Source: Methanotrichaceae archaeon
GTDB lineage: Archaea; Halobacteriota; Methanosarcinia; Methanotrichales; Methanotrichaceae
Length of the DNA: 64,000 nucleotides
Direction of reading: 5' to 3'
NCBI GenBank assembly: GCA_963748825.1
Contig: CAVVKN010000007.1
Location: 9,488 to 73,487, forward strand
Shown in pieces: positions 27,698 to 39,317 of the stretch. A program made the translations under genes and the position numbers. Each line of letters opens with the position of its first letter. Within the stretch, counting starts at the first letter, position 1. Under the pieces are notes generated by a model, which saw nothing but the letters and a program-made list of their open reading frames with translations, did not search any database and was not told where the DNA came from.

Positions 27698-30694
27698 ATG
27701 AGCATTTGCTTTGACAACAGGCGAAGCTACTTTCGCAGCGCTCTGATGCTGGCTGCCACCATTGTGATTGGGTATCTGGCCCTTTTAATTTTATTAAGAA
27801 ATGATCCGGTGTTTCGTCTCACGCTCAATGATTTGCTCTTTCCTGTATTTAATGGACTGGCAGCAGTCGGTTTGCTCTACGCGGCCTTTCGCTCTGATAT
27901 CTTTGGACGGCGTGCACGCATTGCATGGACCTTTCTGTTTCTGGGCCAGATTTCTTTTACGCTGGGAGACATAACCTGGGCTGTCCTGGAGCTGGGCTTC
28001 CATCAGGAACCAATAGCTTCAGTATCCGACGCTTTTTATCTAATGTTTTATCCATTCCTTGCCATAGGCATTCTTCTCTTACCCGCAGTGCCATTAACTC
28101 GCAAGGAGAAACTCAAGTTATTGTTGGACACCGGAATCGTAATGATCTCGGCAGTTCTGGTCTTCTGGGCTTTTTTAATTGAGCCAACTATCGCGGCCAA
28201 CAGAGAAGATACAATGGTTTTGGCAATCTCCCTGGCATACCCAGTAATGGATTTGATTTTATTTTTTGCCTTGCTGCAATTGCTGTTTAGGAGGCTACGG
28301 TCGGCGGAACAAAGGCCATTATTACTGCTGTCTGTCGGTATTGCCACGGGGATCATCACCGATGTTGTTTATCTCATGCAAACTCTCCAGGAAACATATG
28401 CAACAGGCAACTTTTTGGATATGGGATGGCTGGTCAGCTACGCCTTTATCGGGCTGGCTGGAGTATTGCAGGCAGATATCAGTAAGCTTGACCCATCTAG
28501 TCGTTCTCATGAAATTGAACCGCGTCGCGAACAATTCGCCTGGCTTACCTATTTACCCTACATTTGCGCTGTAGCTGCCTACCTTATGCTCATCTGGAGC
28601 CATTACAATCTACTAGATTCTTTTTCAGTGTTTTCCTTGGGCATAGGCGCCATCATAGGACTCGTGATCCTTCGCCAGGTCGTGGCACTTGATGAGAATG
28701 TGAATCTGTTTAAGGCTGCCCAGATGGAGATCGATGAGCGCAAGCGAGCAGAAGTGCGACTTCGGCAAAGCGAAGAACGTTACCGCGACGTCTTCGAGGC
28801 CGCACCGGATGTGATCTTCACTATCTCGTCAAAGGATGCAACGTTCACATCTCTCAATCCAGCCTTTGAGAAGTTTTCCGGATGGCCTGCAGCAGAGTGG
28901 CTCGACAAACCATTTATAAAAATCATTCATCCGGAAGACATTCCTATCGCCCGAGAAATGTTTAGCGATAGCCTGGAAGGAAAAAATGCACGATCCCATG
29001 AACTGAGGTGCTTAATCAAATCCGGCGAGTATCTAACTGCTGAGATCATAGGCGTTCCCCTGATTGAAAGCGGAAAGATTGTAGGAGAGCTTGGATTTGC
29101 TCGAAACATCACCGAGCGCAAGCAGGCGGAGGCGGAATTACAGAGGGCCAAGGAAGCTGCGGAGGCGTCAACCGAAGCCAAGTCTGAATTCCTGGCCAAT
29201 ATGAGTCATGAGATACGCACGCCAATGAATGCAGTTATCGGCATGACAGGACTGCTACTGGAGGCGGATTTAGCGCAGGAACAGCGAGATTATTTGGAGA
29301 CTATTCGAAGCAGCGGAAATACATTGCTGTCCCTCATCAATGACATCCTGGACTTCTCAAAGATCGAAAGCGGCAAACTGGAGATGGAATGTCAGCCTTT
29401 CGACCTGAGAGACTGCGTGGAGGACTCTTTGGATCTGGTGGCCGCCAAAGCTGCTGAGAAAAGGCTGGAAGTCATATACATTTTTGAGAATAATGTACCG
29501 GAGATAGTAATTGGGGATGTTACCAGGCTCCGCCAGATCTTGGCCAACCTCTTGGGTAATGCAGTGAAGTTTACCGAAAAGGGAGAGGTGGTGCTGGCAA
29601 TTAGCTCTTTGCCTCAAGAGCCTGGAAAAATCGAGCTGAATTTCGCAGTTAGGGACACGGGTATTGGGATATCCAAGGATCGAATGGACAGGCTGTTCCG
29701 GTCCTTCAGTCAGGTCGATTCTTCTACTACCAGACATTATGGAGGGACCGGGCTAGGCCTGGCCATAAGCAAACGCCTCGTAGAAATGATGGGTGGAAGG
29801 ATCTGGGTAAAGAGCGAACCGGGAAAGGGCAGCACTTTCCAGTTCACCATAATCGCACAGTCACCTGCACCCAAAGAGGCAGTCTCTACGAATTCCAGCC
29901 TGACAGGGAAGCGAATCCTTGTGGTCTATGGAAATGACATTTCCCGAAGCATGCTGGCAGAAGCCGCGCGTTCTTGGGGAATGATTCCGGCAGTGGCTGC
30001 TAGCGGAAAAGCCGCCCTGGAAATGCTCGCTGCAGAGACCTTTGATTTTGTGATTCTGGATGCAGTATTGCCTGATGTAGACGGCCAGTCCCTATCCAGA
30101 AAAGTTAAAAGAGGCAAGAATGCGGATATTATATCTGTGATATTCACACCAATCGGCCGCAGCCTCCTCCGTGAGACACAGGTCGACGGCTGGCTGACCA
30201 AGCCCATCAAGCCCATCCAGCTTCGCAATCTTTTGATAGAATTTCTATTGCCAGAAAAAGATTTGCTGCCGAACATTGCCGGCTCCAAGCCCTCTCCCAG
30301 CGAGATTAAGGATCGCAGTCTACGTATTCTCATGGCAGAAGACAATCCCGTAAACCAGAAGGTGGCCCTTAGCATGCTAAAACGCATCGGATATCAGGCT
30401 GATGTAGCTGCTAATGGCTTCGAAGTTTTGCAGGCATTGGAGCGGCAGCCCTATGATGTTGTGCTGATGGATGTGCAGATGCCGGAGATGGACGGCTTTG
30501 AAGCAACGCGCCGCATTCGCAGCTTGGGATCCAAGATTTGCATAATAGCAATGACTGCCCACGCGCTTAATGGCGATAAGAGAGCCTGTCTAGATGTGGG
30601 CATGGACGAGTACGTCAGCAAGCCGATCAGGATGGAAGAGCTGCAAAAGGTTCTGGAAAGATGCGTCGCAACCAGGGACTGCAGCGGCTCATAA
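27698..30694 (+). CDS. Hybrid sensor histidine kinase: multi-TM sensor, PAS, HisKA, HATPase, two REC domains
   Basis: [15 protein letters not shown]-box, DTGIGI and GGTGLGL G-boxes, [11 protein letters not shown] and [11 protein letters not shown] receiver motifs. Confidence 0.95.
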   Translation: MSICFDNRRSYFRSALMLAATIVIGYLALLILLRNDPVFRLTLNDLLFPVFNGLAAVGLLYAAFRSDIFGRRARIAWTFLFLGQISFTLGDITWAVLELGFHQEPIASVSDAFYLMFYPFLAIGILLLPAVPLTRKEKLKLLLDTGIVMISAVLVFWAFLIEPTIAANREDTMVLAISLAYPVMDLILFFALLQLLFRRLRSAEQRPLLLLSVGIATGIITDVVYLMQTLQETYATGNFLDMGWLVSYAFIGLAGVLQADISKLDPSSRSHEIEPRREQFAWLTYLPYICAVAAYLMLIWSHYNLLDSFSVFSLGIGAIIGLVILRQVVALDENVNLFKAAQMEIDERKRAEVRLRQSEERYRDVFEAAPDVIFTISSKDATFTSLNPAFEKFSGWPAAEWLDKPFIKIIHPEDIPIAREMFSDSLEGKNARSHELRCLIKSGEYLTAEIIGVPLIESGKIVGELGFARNITERKQAEAELQRAKEAAEASTEAKSEFLANMSHEIRTPMNAVIGMTGLLLEADLAQEQRDYLETIRSSGNTLLSLINDILDFSKIESGKLEMECQPFDLRDCVEDSLDLVAAKAAEKRLEVIYIFENNVPEIVIGDVTRLRQILANLLGNAVKFTEKGEVVLAISSLPQEPGKIELNFAVRDTGIGISKDRMDRLFRSFSQVDSSTTRHYGGTGLGLAISKRLVEMMGGRIWVKSEPGKGSTFQFTIIAQSPAPKEAVSTNSSLTGKRILVVYGNDISRSMLAEAARSWGMIPAVAASGKAALEMLAAETFDFVILDAVLPDVDGQSLSRKVKRGKNADIISVIFTPIGRSLLRETQVDGWLTKPIKPIQLRNLLIEFLLPEKDLLPNIAGSKPSPSEIKDRSLRILMAEDNPVNQKVALSMLKRIGYQADVAANGFEVLQALERQPYDVVLMDVQMPEMDGFEATRRIRSLGSKICIIAMTAHALNGDKRACLDVGMDEYVSKPIRMEELQKVLERCVATRDCSGS

Positions 30695-31041
30695 AAGCTC
30701 GTTCTCGACGCAATTCATCTCGTCATCGGGACGAAAGACTTGGGATGAATGCCCTGCTCATGGAGCGATCTAAGCCAGGAGGCTTGCCACCCCAACGCCT
30801 CAGCGACTACGCATATCTTGAATTCTCGGTCGTTGTGCCGTCTCATTTTCATCTACATTGATGTTGCTTAACTCATTGTCCACTCGTATGGGTTCACTAC
30901 AATCTATAATTTCGCTTTTTCATCGGTCAATGTATTATTAACATTATGAGAATGGTATTATAGTTAAAGATAAGAAGCTGGATCACCATCTGAGAAATGA
31001 AAAGGAGAAATGAAAAATCTTGGAAATTTGGAGGCTTGGAT

Positions 31042-31587
31042 ATGGATGCTTTTGTCGAATCTATTGATTCCTGGCGAGATTTCTATATGCTGACCGGTTC
31101 TGCATCTGCAACTCTCGTTGGGCTGATCTTTGTTGCAGTCACATTGCATATTGATGTCATAGCCGAGGAAAAAAAGTCAAGCGACATTCGCATGCTCGCA
31201 GAAGAAATATTTATAAATTTCTTGATGATTTTATCCTTTGCCTTCATTTTCTTGATACCGTCAGATACACCCACTGGAGTCGGCTATCCGCTTCTCATTC
31301 TGGGCACGATACAAATAGTGCATACAGCCATTCTGTGGCTGAGATTCTTAAGAAGCAGGGGCGAGCATAGGGTCTTCGCATCAAGCATGATCTTAAGCGG
31401 ACTATTGATTCCCAATACGATCTGTTACTTGACTTTGATTGTTATCGGCGCAGACGTCCTGCAGGGCGGGACTCACTACCTGGGTTGGATGGTGATGGTA
31501 ATAGTATGGTTGACCATCTCAGCAGTCAAGAATACCTGGCATTTGATGATGAGAGTTGCCGAACTGAAGCGAAACCGCCAGGATTAA
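31042..31587 (+). CDS. Hypothetical integral membrane protein
   Basis: WRDFYMLTGSASATLVGLIFVAVT and about five TM segments; GGAGG RBS before ATG 31042. Confidence 0.75.
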   Translation: MDAFVESIDSWRDFYMLTGSASATLVGLIFVAVTLHIDVIAEEKKSSDIRMLAEEIFINFLMILSFAFIFLIPSDTPTGVGYPLLILGTIQIVHTAILWLRFLRSRGEHRVFASSMILSGLLIPNTICYLTLIVIGADVLQGGTHYLGWMVMVIVWLTISAVKNTWHLMMRVAELKRNRQD

Positions 31588-31636
31588 GGAATCATGCATA
31601 GAAAAATCTCTGGGCCGAAAAAGTATTTAGGCTTGA

Positions 31637-32872
31637 ATGGCTAGCATTGTCTCCGATGCAGCCGCCAAGAGAAAGGGGATGTGCCCTCTGAACGACGATC
31701 TCTGGGTCATCTCATTCCTGGGCAAAGACCGGCCGGGACTGATTCGCGATATCCTGGAGCAGCCTGCCCAGCAGAACGTGAATATCGTAGATATGGATCA
31801 GCGAGTGATGCAGGGCATATTCGTCATGTCTGTGGTAGCAGATTTTGCCAATGCACGCGTCACAGCTCGCGAGCTTGAGGCATGGCTGTCAAAGAAAGCA
31901 GGGAACCTTGGCATTCAGTTCGGCTTCCTGCCCCTCGGCCAGTACCGGGGCCGGAGGCGGTCGAAGAAGAGCCTGCACGTCGTCACCATTCTGGCCAAAG
32001 ACCGGGCAGGCATCATCCGCGATGTGGCAAACGTGGCTGCTGGAAATAAGATCAATATCGAACGGGCATCGGTCACGGCACGTGGCGATCTCATCTCCAT
32101 TGAATTTCTCATGGACTTTTCCGATTGCGATGAGGATGATTGCAAAGCCAAGCTCAAAAAGGAATGCGAGCTGCTCGGCCTGGACGTGGTGATTCAGGAG
32201 CTGGGCCGCTCCCGCAAAGAGAAGCGGCTCATCGTCTTTGACATGGACATGACCATTGTCGATTTCGAGATCATCAACAAGCTGGCCGGCTTTGCCGGAG
32301 TGGACGAGCAGGTAAAAGCGATAACTGAGAAGGCCATGAACGGAGAGATGGACTTCAAGGAGTCGCTGCGCCAGAGGGTGCTCCTCCTCAAGGGAATGCC
32401 GCAGAGCACATTGCAGGAGATTGCATCCGACCTGCAGCTTACCCCCGGATCGGAGGAGCTTCTGCATCATCTAAAGCACGTGGGCTACAAGATCGCCCTC
32501 ATCAGCGGCGGCTTTACCTATTTTACCGATGTGCTCAAAGAGCAGCTGGGCTTTGACTACACCTTTGCCAATGAGCTGGAGATTGAGGACGGCGTTCTCA
32601 CCGGCAAGATCAAAGGGGATATCATCGATGCCGAGGCCAAGGGTGGCATCATCTACCGGCTGGCGGAGCTGGAGAAAATCAGCCCGGACAGCATCGTGGC
32701 CGTGGGAGATGGAGCCAACGACTGCCTCATGATCAAGAACGCAGGCCTCGGTGTGGCCTTCAATGCCAAAGAGGTTTTAAAGAAGGTATCCGACGGATCA
32801 CTGTCCCGGGAGAACCTGCTGGGGCTGCTCAATGTCCTGGGCCTGGCAGAGAAGGAAAAAGAGATGCTTTAA
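31637..32872 (+). CDS. serB: Phosphoserine phosphatase with two ACT domains
   Basis: GKDRPG and AKDRAG ACT starts, FDMDMT HAD motif I, ISGGF, AVGDGAND; start may be ATG 31679. Confidence 0.93.
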   Translation: MASIVSDAAAKRKGMCPLNDDLWVISFLGKDRPGLIRDILEQPAQQNVNIVDMDQRVMQGIFVMSVVADFANARVTARELEAWLSKKAGNLGIQFGFLPLGQYRGRRRSKKSLHVVTILAKDRAGIIRDVANVAAGNKINIERASVTARGDLISIEFLMDFSDCDEDDCKAKLKKECELLGLDVVIQELGRSRKEKRLIVFDMDMTIVDFEIINKLAGFAGVDEQVKAITEKAMNGEMDFKESLRQRVLLLKGMPQSTLQEIASDLQLTPGSEELLHHLKHVGYKIALISGGFTYFTDVLKEQLGFDYTFANELEIEDGVLTGKIKGDIIDAEAKGGIIYRLAELEKISPDSIVAVGDGANDCLMIKNAGLGVAFNAKEVLKKVSDGSLSRENLLGLLNVLGLAEKEKEML

Positions 32873-32921
32873 TTTTTATTAAAAAATATTGAAATATTTA
32901 GATCAAAGGCCGCTCTGGGCC

Positions 32922-33302
32922 TCACATTAATTCTTTAGGATTAGGATATTTTACGTCGAAGGTGTACCAGCTGTAGCCATTTATCCCTTCCTCATAGACC
33001 GAGGAATAGTTCAGATCCATGCTGAGGCGGAAGAAGCCATTCGGCCGGTTATTGGGTGCACCCCAGGAGTTTAGCAGTATCCAGTAGCGGTTATTGGGAT
33101 CGGTATCGTTGTAGCCCAGGCAAAGGACGGTATGAGCACCGTTATCGGGACCATCGGAGTATGAACTGCCCCTTCTGGGCGTCCAGACTGCTTCCTCTGG
33201 CTCAGAGTTCCAGAACTCCATGAAGGGAGACCAGTCGTCCAATGCGTAATTGAAGATCACTGCCTTATTGGAGGCAAGGACTTGCCATGCTCTGCGCCTC
33301 TT
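32922..33302 (-). pseudogene. C-terminal fragment of a papain-like (C1A) cysteine peptidase
   Basis: GAHTVLCLGYND...YWILLNSWG carries the catalytic His and Asn; the catalytic-Cys N-terminal half is absent. Confidence 0.8.
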
Positions 33303-33665
33303 CTAGCGCTCCAGCAGTTCCAGAAACTCCTTCTTGCTCATCCTCACATCGCTCATTATCTCCATCAGAATTCCCTGCCAAAGTTCTTCTCCTAGATACA
33401 CGGGGATTACTGTGCTCCTGCCATCGGGATGCTTCATGATAAGGTAGCTGCCTCTTTGCCTTACTGGATGAAAGCCAATTTTTCTCAGGGTTTTGACGAC
33501 AACCTCGGCTTCAACAGGTCTCAACTCAACAACTTGCACACCCACAAAGCTTCCCATAGTGCTGCTTCCTTCTGTCTCCAGATAGAGCAAAATGGCCTCC
33601 TTGATTCTGCTCATTAAATCGTCAGGGCTTTTTGGCCTGTGTGTGACAGCCGGGTGGTGATTCAA
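33303..33665 (-). pseudogene. Decayed, fused hicB-hicA toxin-antitoxin relic
   Basis: PGCHTQAK[+1 in A5]SPDDLMSRIKEAILLYLE...FVGVQVVE (HicB) runs in frame into LRPV...KTLRKIGF...RQRGSY...TVIPVY (HicA with His to Tyr changes). Confidence 0.8.
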
Positions 33666-33718
33666 CTATAGGTTGTTATAAATAGACATATACTGCATAT
33701 GCACATGGGTGTAGCAAA

Positions 33719-34165
33719 ATGGGAAAAAGAGGTCCAAAACCACGATTCTTGGATGTGGCATGTCCAAATGAGAAGTGTACTCTATTTGGAGTTGCTGGAA
33801 AAGGAAACGTTACTGTCTATGGCACCTATGAGAGAAGTTCCGGCAAGGGCAGGAAATTTGTCTGCCATACATGCGAAACTACGTTCTGTGATAGAACTAA
33901 CACGCCATTTTATGACCTGCGAACAGATGAAAAGAAAGTCGAGATGGCTTTAAAAATGGCAATGCACGGAATGAGCGTCTTAGGGATCGCAGAGACCCTA
34001 GAGGTAAAACCGTCTACCGCAAGCACTTGGGTCTCCAGAGCGGGGATTCATTGCGAAAAAGTTAATGAAATTGTTTTAAACGACGTCGAGACGCCAAAAG
34101 TTGAGATGGACGAACTCTGGACATTCGTGGGAAAAAAACGTTGCCCCGGAAAGGGCACAATCTAG
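33719..34165 (+). mobile_element. IS1-family transposase, N-terminal (InsA-like) part; truncated
   Basis: CPNEKC...CHTC Zn finger, HTH, EMDELWTFVGKK ending at an A7 slippery site (34132-34138); no InsB frame follows. Confidence 0.85.
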
Positions 34166-34250
34166 AAATCCAGTGATATAGTGAAGGCAGGATACATCCA
34201 CCCGAAAATATTTTAATCTTCAAGCGAAATGTACCCTGTGTGACCCTTCA

Positions 34251-34815
34251 ATGACACAAATACAGCTTACCATGAAAAACTTTCCCTTCGTCGAACAGTT
34301 GAAAGCGATTTTCGAGGGATATTCGGACGATTACGAGTACACTTCGAATGGAATCTTCCGCAAAATTAAACCACAATTATGTACTGATTGCGGGACTCCC
34401 ATGAACCATAATGGCTTCAATAATCATACCAAGAGGCTACTCGGAGATGTTAAGATAGGCAAATATCTGTGTCCCAATTGCAGCAAAAATATTGAGGAAG
34501 AACATGGGTTTTGGGAGAACGCGACGAGCGCATTTTTCGGATTATTTGGCGGTCTTTGTCAGCTCCTGAGGGTTAATCATGTCTCCCTGGAGGTAATCGA
34601 GAAAGTATCAAACTACATCTATCCGCGCAGCAAGGACACCATTTGCACGATGATCAAATCTGCGACAGACAATATGGTGGTTCCCAATATCGGAGATGTT
34701 CAATTTGTTCACTATGATGAGCAACATCCCAAGACAGGTAGAAGTCAGAAATACCGACTAACTCTCCTCGATTATAGGACGAAACAAGTGATTGCAGATG
34801 AGTTATTCGACTCCG
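34251..34815 (+). mobile_element. Truncated transposase (ISH6/ISNCY-like, Methanosarcinales type)
   Basis: CTDCG...CPNC Zn ribbon, HYDEQHPK...KYRLTLLD...IADELFD; the recognisable pattern stops near 34815. Confidence 0.6.
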
Positions 34816-35165
34816 ATCTGCTGTCCCGGCCGGTGAAGTTATGGCCCCGGAAGAGGTTTTTGGTATCGTTAGCCCGCAGACCCCTATATAGCCCGGATGC
34901 AGGAGTTGTGTGGAAGTGTGGACTATTGCGGTCTGCTCCACTCAATCAAACCGGATCGTAATCCTTGCGAGGCTTAAAACCCCCAACTGCTCAGCGTCCT
35001 GCACATTCATTATGGCAACTGCTTTCCACCCGCTTCCAACCCTAAGAACGCCGCTCTAAGCATCATTTCCAGCATATATCTTCTGCGAAAAGAACAAAAT
35101 ATCAATAGACGGGAGCAAATTTAGATCTTTCTAATACCTGAAGAAATTGCTGAAAAAAAAGAGCG

Positions 35166-36842
35166 TCAAAGGAAGTCTTCTGACCCTTCCTCATCTCGAA
35201 CGCCTTCATCCTGATGAGGCGGGTTGATAAGATCCGGCAAATTCAAGGCAGAGGCAGGTATGCCCATCGATATGGATGTCTTTCGCAGCTCCCTGATGAT
35301 GGACCCGATTCTCTCGAAGGAAAAGAGTATCTCGGAGACCATCTCACCTGAAGTGCTTTTTGCGGCCAGCCTGATGAGGTATGTCTTGTAATGCCAGTTT
35401 AACACCTGGCGCAGCAGTTCATCATTAGCGCGCATTTTTCTATCGACATCTTCCGGCATTTCCGGGAATGCTGCCATAAGATATTCGATATTCTCCCGAC
35501 AAGGGCTCGCCATCTCCAGCATTTCAATGTAGGAATCCTGAGATAGTGTCATCTTCTTCTCACTCATCAGCTCAAATTTTTTTGCCATGGATACCATCTG
35601 CTGCGCCATCAAACCGCCAAGGTCGGCAACTCGTGCTAGAATAGCAATGTGGGCGGCATCTTCCACTGATATCTCTCGATTGGAAAGAGAGACGATGGCT
35701 GATATGATCTGAGAATGCAGATAATCGACATAGTCCCTCAAATGCACAATTCTTGAACACATGTCTGCACTGCCGGATGCGACCTGCAGAGTACTCTCAA
35801 ATATATCTTTGCAGATCCTCAGCATGTGCACAATCTCCTTCTCCACCAGAGCTATGGCTGCTGAGACATCATCGGGCAGCTTTGGGGAGATATGCTCGGT
35901 CACGAATACTATCTCTCCATCCTTTTGCGGCAATATCCTCATGATGAAGCTGGAAAACGGCCTTATAGCCAGCAGAAATATAATCGCAGAGGTAGAATTA
36001 AAGATGAGATGAGCATTTGCTACCTGCTGAGCGGCAGTGCCTCCCATGTTTTCAACAAAGAACGAAAAGTCCTCAATTAACGGCAGGAAGAGAAGCACAC
36101 CCAGGAAATTGAAGAGAAACTGAGCAAATGCTGTGCGCTTTGCCGCGGTATTCATGGAGAGGGAGACGACAAGCCCGGTTGTTGTTGTTCCGATATTGGC
36201 TCCCAGTATCACCGGAATGGCCTGGGCTGCCGTGATCAGGCCGCTTTGGGCCATGACGACGATCAGGCCAGCTGTGACAGAGCTTGACTGGAATATATTT
36301 GTTATGACAAAGCCGATGACAATTGCCGTCAGGACATTATCGGCCATGGAGAGCAGAGCTAGAACATCGGCATTTCCCTGCAATGGGGATACTATCGATG
36401 AGATCAGATTCAGGCTGTAGAAGACCAGCCCGAAGTAAAATACCGGCTTGCCATAGGCTCGATAGGGGCCGCGAATCAGGCTGGCGGCAAATCCCAGGAT
36501 CACAAATAGCGGGGCGAATGCCGTCAGTTTAAAAGCAACAAGCTGCGCAGTGAGGGTTGTGCCTATGTTTGCCCCAATAATTAGTCCGAGGGAACCCAGG
36601 AAAGAAATTGCTCCCGCATTTACGAGCCCTACGGCGATGATGGTGGTGGCAGTGCTGGACTGAAGGATGGCCGTGACCGCCGCCCCGGCAAGAGCGCCGC
36701 GAAGAGGGGTCCTTGTCGCCTTTTGCAGCAAGGCTCGGAAGCGTTCGCCTGCCACATGCCGCACTTCCTCTGAAAAATTCTCGATGCCGTAGAGGAATAA
36801 TATGACCGCGGGAATTACGGCATATAATAAATCCCATATCAT
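35166..36842 (-). CDS. Na+/phosphate cotransporter family protein with PhoU-like C-terminus
   Basis: Duplicated QSS(T/S).(T/V)T and GANIGTT motifs, AQQVANAHLIFN. Confidence 0.9.
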   Translation of the reverse strand: MIWDLLYAVIPAVILFLYGIENFSEEVRHVAGERFRALLQKATRTPLRGALAGAAVTAILQSSTATTIIAVGLVNAGAISFLGSLGLIIGANIGTTLTAQLVAFKLTAFAPLFVILGFAASLIRGPYRAYGKPVFYFGLVFYSLNLISSIVSPLQGNADVLALLSMADNVLTAIVIGFVITNIFQSSSVTAGLIVVMAQSGLITAAQAIPVILGANIGTTTTGLVVSLSMNTAAKRTAFAQFLFNFLGVLLFLPLIEDFSFFVENMGGTAAQQVANAHLIFNSTSAIIFLLAIRPFSSFIMRILPQKDGEIVFVTEHISPKLPDDVSAAIALVEKEIVHMLRICKDIFESTLQVASGSADMCSRIVHLRDYVDYLHSQIISAIVSLSNREISVEDAAHIAILARVADLGGLMAQQMVSMAKKFELMSEKKMTLSQDSYIEMLEMASPCRENIEYLMAAFPEMPEDVDRKMRANDELLRQVLNWHYKTYLIRLAAKSTSGEMVSEILFSFERIGSIIRELRKTSISMGIPASALNLPDLINPPHQDEGVRDEEGSEDFL

Positions 36843-36897
36843 TCAAATTCCTCAAGCATGCGGCAACAAATGATAATAACTAGCATCTCTCTTAGTA

Positions 36898-38934
36898 TCA
36901 TTCCGCCTTTATTATCTTAGACGCAGAAACCTTCAGCTCAGGGGTTCCTGACAATGGGTCCACTGCCCAGCCGGTGAGGATATTGGCAGGTGCCTGGCTG
37001 AAATGAAACGGGATGAATATCGTTCCCTGCTGCACATTATCCGTTATAATGGCTTCGATCGCTATCTGACCCCGTCTTGTCTTCACGATGACCATCTCCC
37101 CATTACTTATCCCTAATCTCTCTGCATCTTCATGATTGACCTCTACCGCCGGACCGGGCATAGCCATCTCCGGCAGATTTGTACGTCTGGTCATGGTATC
37201 AGTATGAAACCTGTGGCCGCTTCGCCCCGTAATCAGCAGCAACGGGAATTCGCTGTCTGCAGTCTCATAGGCTTCCTGATACTCGGCCGGCCTGAATTTG
37301 GCTTTGCCCCTTGGAAATCTATGGACGTGCATGATGGCAGTTCCAGGATGGCCAGGGTGAGGACACGGCCATTGAAGGCCGCCCATAGTATCCAGCCGGG
37401 AATAGCTGATTCCGCCGTATGTAGGCGTAAGGGAGGCTATCTCCTCCATTATCTGAGACGGGGAGCTGTATTCTCCGAAGAGGCCTGACAAACGCAGCAT
37501 TCGTGAGAGGACCTTCCACTCCGGCTGAGCCTCTCCAGGGGGCGCTACGGCCTGTCTGATCCTTTGCACCCTGCGTTCCATGGATGTAAAAGTGCCGTCC
37601 TTCTCAACAAATGATGCTGCAGGGAGGACGACATCGGCCATCACGGAGGTCTCGGTGGGAAATATGTCCCAGACCAGCAGGAACTCCAGCGACTCCAGGG
37701 CCTTTTTGATCATAGTGCTGTTTGGATAGCTGAGCATGGGATTCTCCCCTACTATGATCAGCCCCTTTAGCTGCCCGGCCTCTGCAGCTTGCATCATCTG
37801 CAGTGCCGTCATCCCCGGCGTATCGGGCAGAGAAAGTCCCCAGGCGCTCTCGAACTTCTCCCTGGCCACGGTCACCTGCTGGTATCCAGTGTATACCCCG
37901 GGCAGCGCCCCCATATCACATGCTCCCTGCACATTCTGATGGCCTCTCAGAGGATAAAGCCCAGTCCCTTCACGTCCTATATTTCCGGTGGCCAGGGCCA
38001 TGTTGGCCAGACCCTGGACGTTATTCGTTCCGGATTTATGCTGGGTTATGCCCATGGCATAGGCGATAGCTCCCCGGTCTGCGGACCCATAGGCAATAGC
38101 TGCCTCCCTGATCTTTGCAGCAGGAATGCCGGTGATAGCCTCGGCCTTACCGGGCGAAAACCTCTCCACAACCTGCATCAGCTCCTGCAGCCCTTCGGTT
38201 CTACTGGATATGAACTCTTTATCCTCCAGCCCTTCTTTGAAGATGACGTGGAGAAAGGCATTGATCCAGGCGAGGTCAGTTCCTGGGTTTGGGGCCAGGT
38301 GAATGTCGGCCATGCGGGCCATGCTTGTGCGACGTGGATCAACCACGATCATCTTCGCCCCCTGCTTTCTGGCCAGCCTGACATAAGGGACAAACATGGT
38401 GTGGTGATCGGTGGTGTTGGATCCGACCATAAGAATGCATTGAGCATCAGCGATACTCCGGATGGAGTTGGTCATTGCCCCGCAGCCAAGAGCCCTGGTG
38501 AGGCCCACCACCGTAGGGGCGTGACAGAGACGCGCCACATTGTCTACATTGTTGGTCTGAAGGGCAGAGCGTGCCAGCTTCATCAACAAGTAGTTCTCCT
38601 CATTGGTGCCCTTGGCCGAGGTGAGTACGCCCAGGGAGACGGGATCGGCTTTCTTGATCTCATTGAGTTTGCCAAGGGAAAGGGACAGGGCCTCTCTCCA
38701 TGAGGATCTAACCAGAGCCCCGCCCTTCCTGACCAGAGGGAAACGCAGGCGGTCTTCATGACCAGGGAACTCCCAGGCATGGCGGCCCTTGATGCATAAC
38801 CGACCCTTGGACACCGGATGTGAAACCTCCGGTGAGGCCTTAAAGATCTGTCCTTCATTCACATGCAGGACCAGACCGCAACCGCAGCCGCAAAAAACGC
38901 ATGTTGTATGAATGTCTTGGGTTGTTCCCATCAT
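36898..38934 (-). CDS. fdhA: Formate dehydrogenase alpha subunit (Cys type, molybdopterin)
   Basis: CVFCGCGC...LCIKG [4Fe-4S] site, ARLCHAPT active-site Cys-His, PLRGHQNVQGACDMG, C-terminal GTPELK. Confidence 0.9.
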   Translation of the reverse strand: MMGTTQDIHTTCVFCGCGCGLVLHVNEGQIFKASPEVSHPVSKGRLCIKGRHAWEFPGHEDRLRFPLVRKGGALVRSSWREALSLSLGKLNEIKKADPVSLGVLTSAKGTNEENYLLMKLARSALQTNNVDNVARLCHAPTVVGLTRALGCGAMTNSIRSIADAQCILMVGSNTTDHHTMFVPYVRLARKQGAKMIVVDPRRTSMARMADIHLAPNPGTDLAWINAFLHVIFKEGLEDKEFISSRTEGLQELMQVVERFSPGKAEAITGIPAAKIREAAIAYGSADRGAIAYAMGITQHKSGTNNVQGLANMALATGNIGREGTGLYPLRGHQNVQGACDMGALPGVYTGYQQVTVAREKFESAWGLSLPDTPGMTALQMMQAAEAGQLKGLIIVGENPMLSYPNSTMIKKALESLEFLLVWDIFPTETSVMADVVLPAASFVEKDGTFTSMERRVQRIRQAVAPPGEAQPEWKVLSRMLRLSGLFGEYSSPSQIMEEIASLTPTYGGISYSRLDTMGGLQWPCPHPGHPGTAIMHVHRFPRGKAKFRPAEYQEAYETADSEFPLLLITGRSGHRFHTDTMTRRTNLPEMAMPGPAVEVNHEDAERLGISNGEMVIVKTRRGQIAIEAIITDNVQQGTIFIPFHFSQAPANILTGWAVDPLSGTPELKVSASKIIKAE

Positions 38935-39317
38935 ATCTGTATTCTGAAGAACTCAGTGATATGGTTTTTGGTGAGTATTACCGGTGGACTTCAGGGATTC
39001 TCCTTGAGCTTTACCTGGAACTCAAGCTCCCTCCTGCTTGGATATAGATCTCTCTGCCAAAGGTTTATGCAATTGGTTTTCGCCATATGGACGGGCATTC
39101 TCCTGGTTGAGATCGAGAGTCCTCCTTCGGGCATAAAAAAGAAAACTCTAGGCGAGATGGTTGATCAAGTCAGATCGGAATCTATTGTCGACTTGATGGC
39201 TATTGGACTAAAAGTTGGGAAGTAGAGTTATAATTTGAATGATGCGCAGGTATGTAACAGGAACATATTTATAAATATAAATAGAAACTAGAAACTTATT
39301 ATAAGGAGATAATACTA

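Noticed and set aside
30710-30750. Hammerhead-like motif (tcatcgggacgaaagac) after the kinase
   Set aside because: No CUGAnGA core in the right order relative to GAAA on either strand; only a weak hairpin.
38998-39030. Alternative stems (cttgag/ctcaag versus gagctt/aagctc) upstream of fdhA as an RNA switch
   Set aside because: Six-bp stems are expected by chance; no conservation evidence available.
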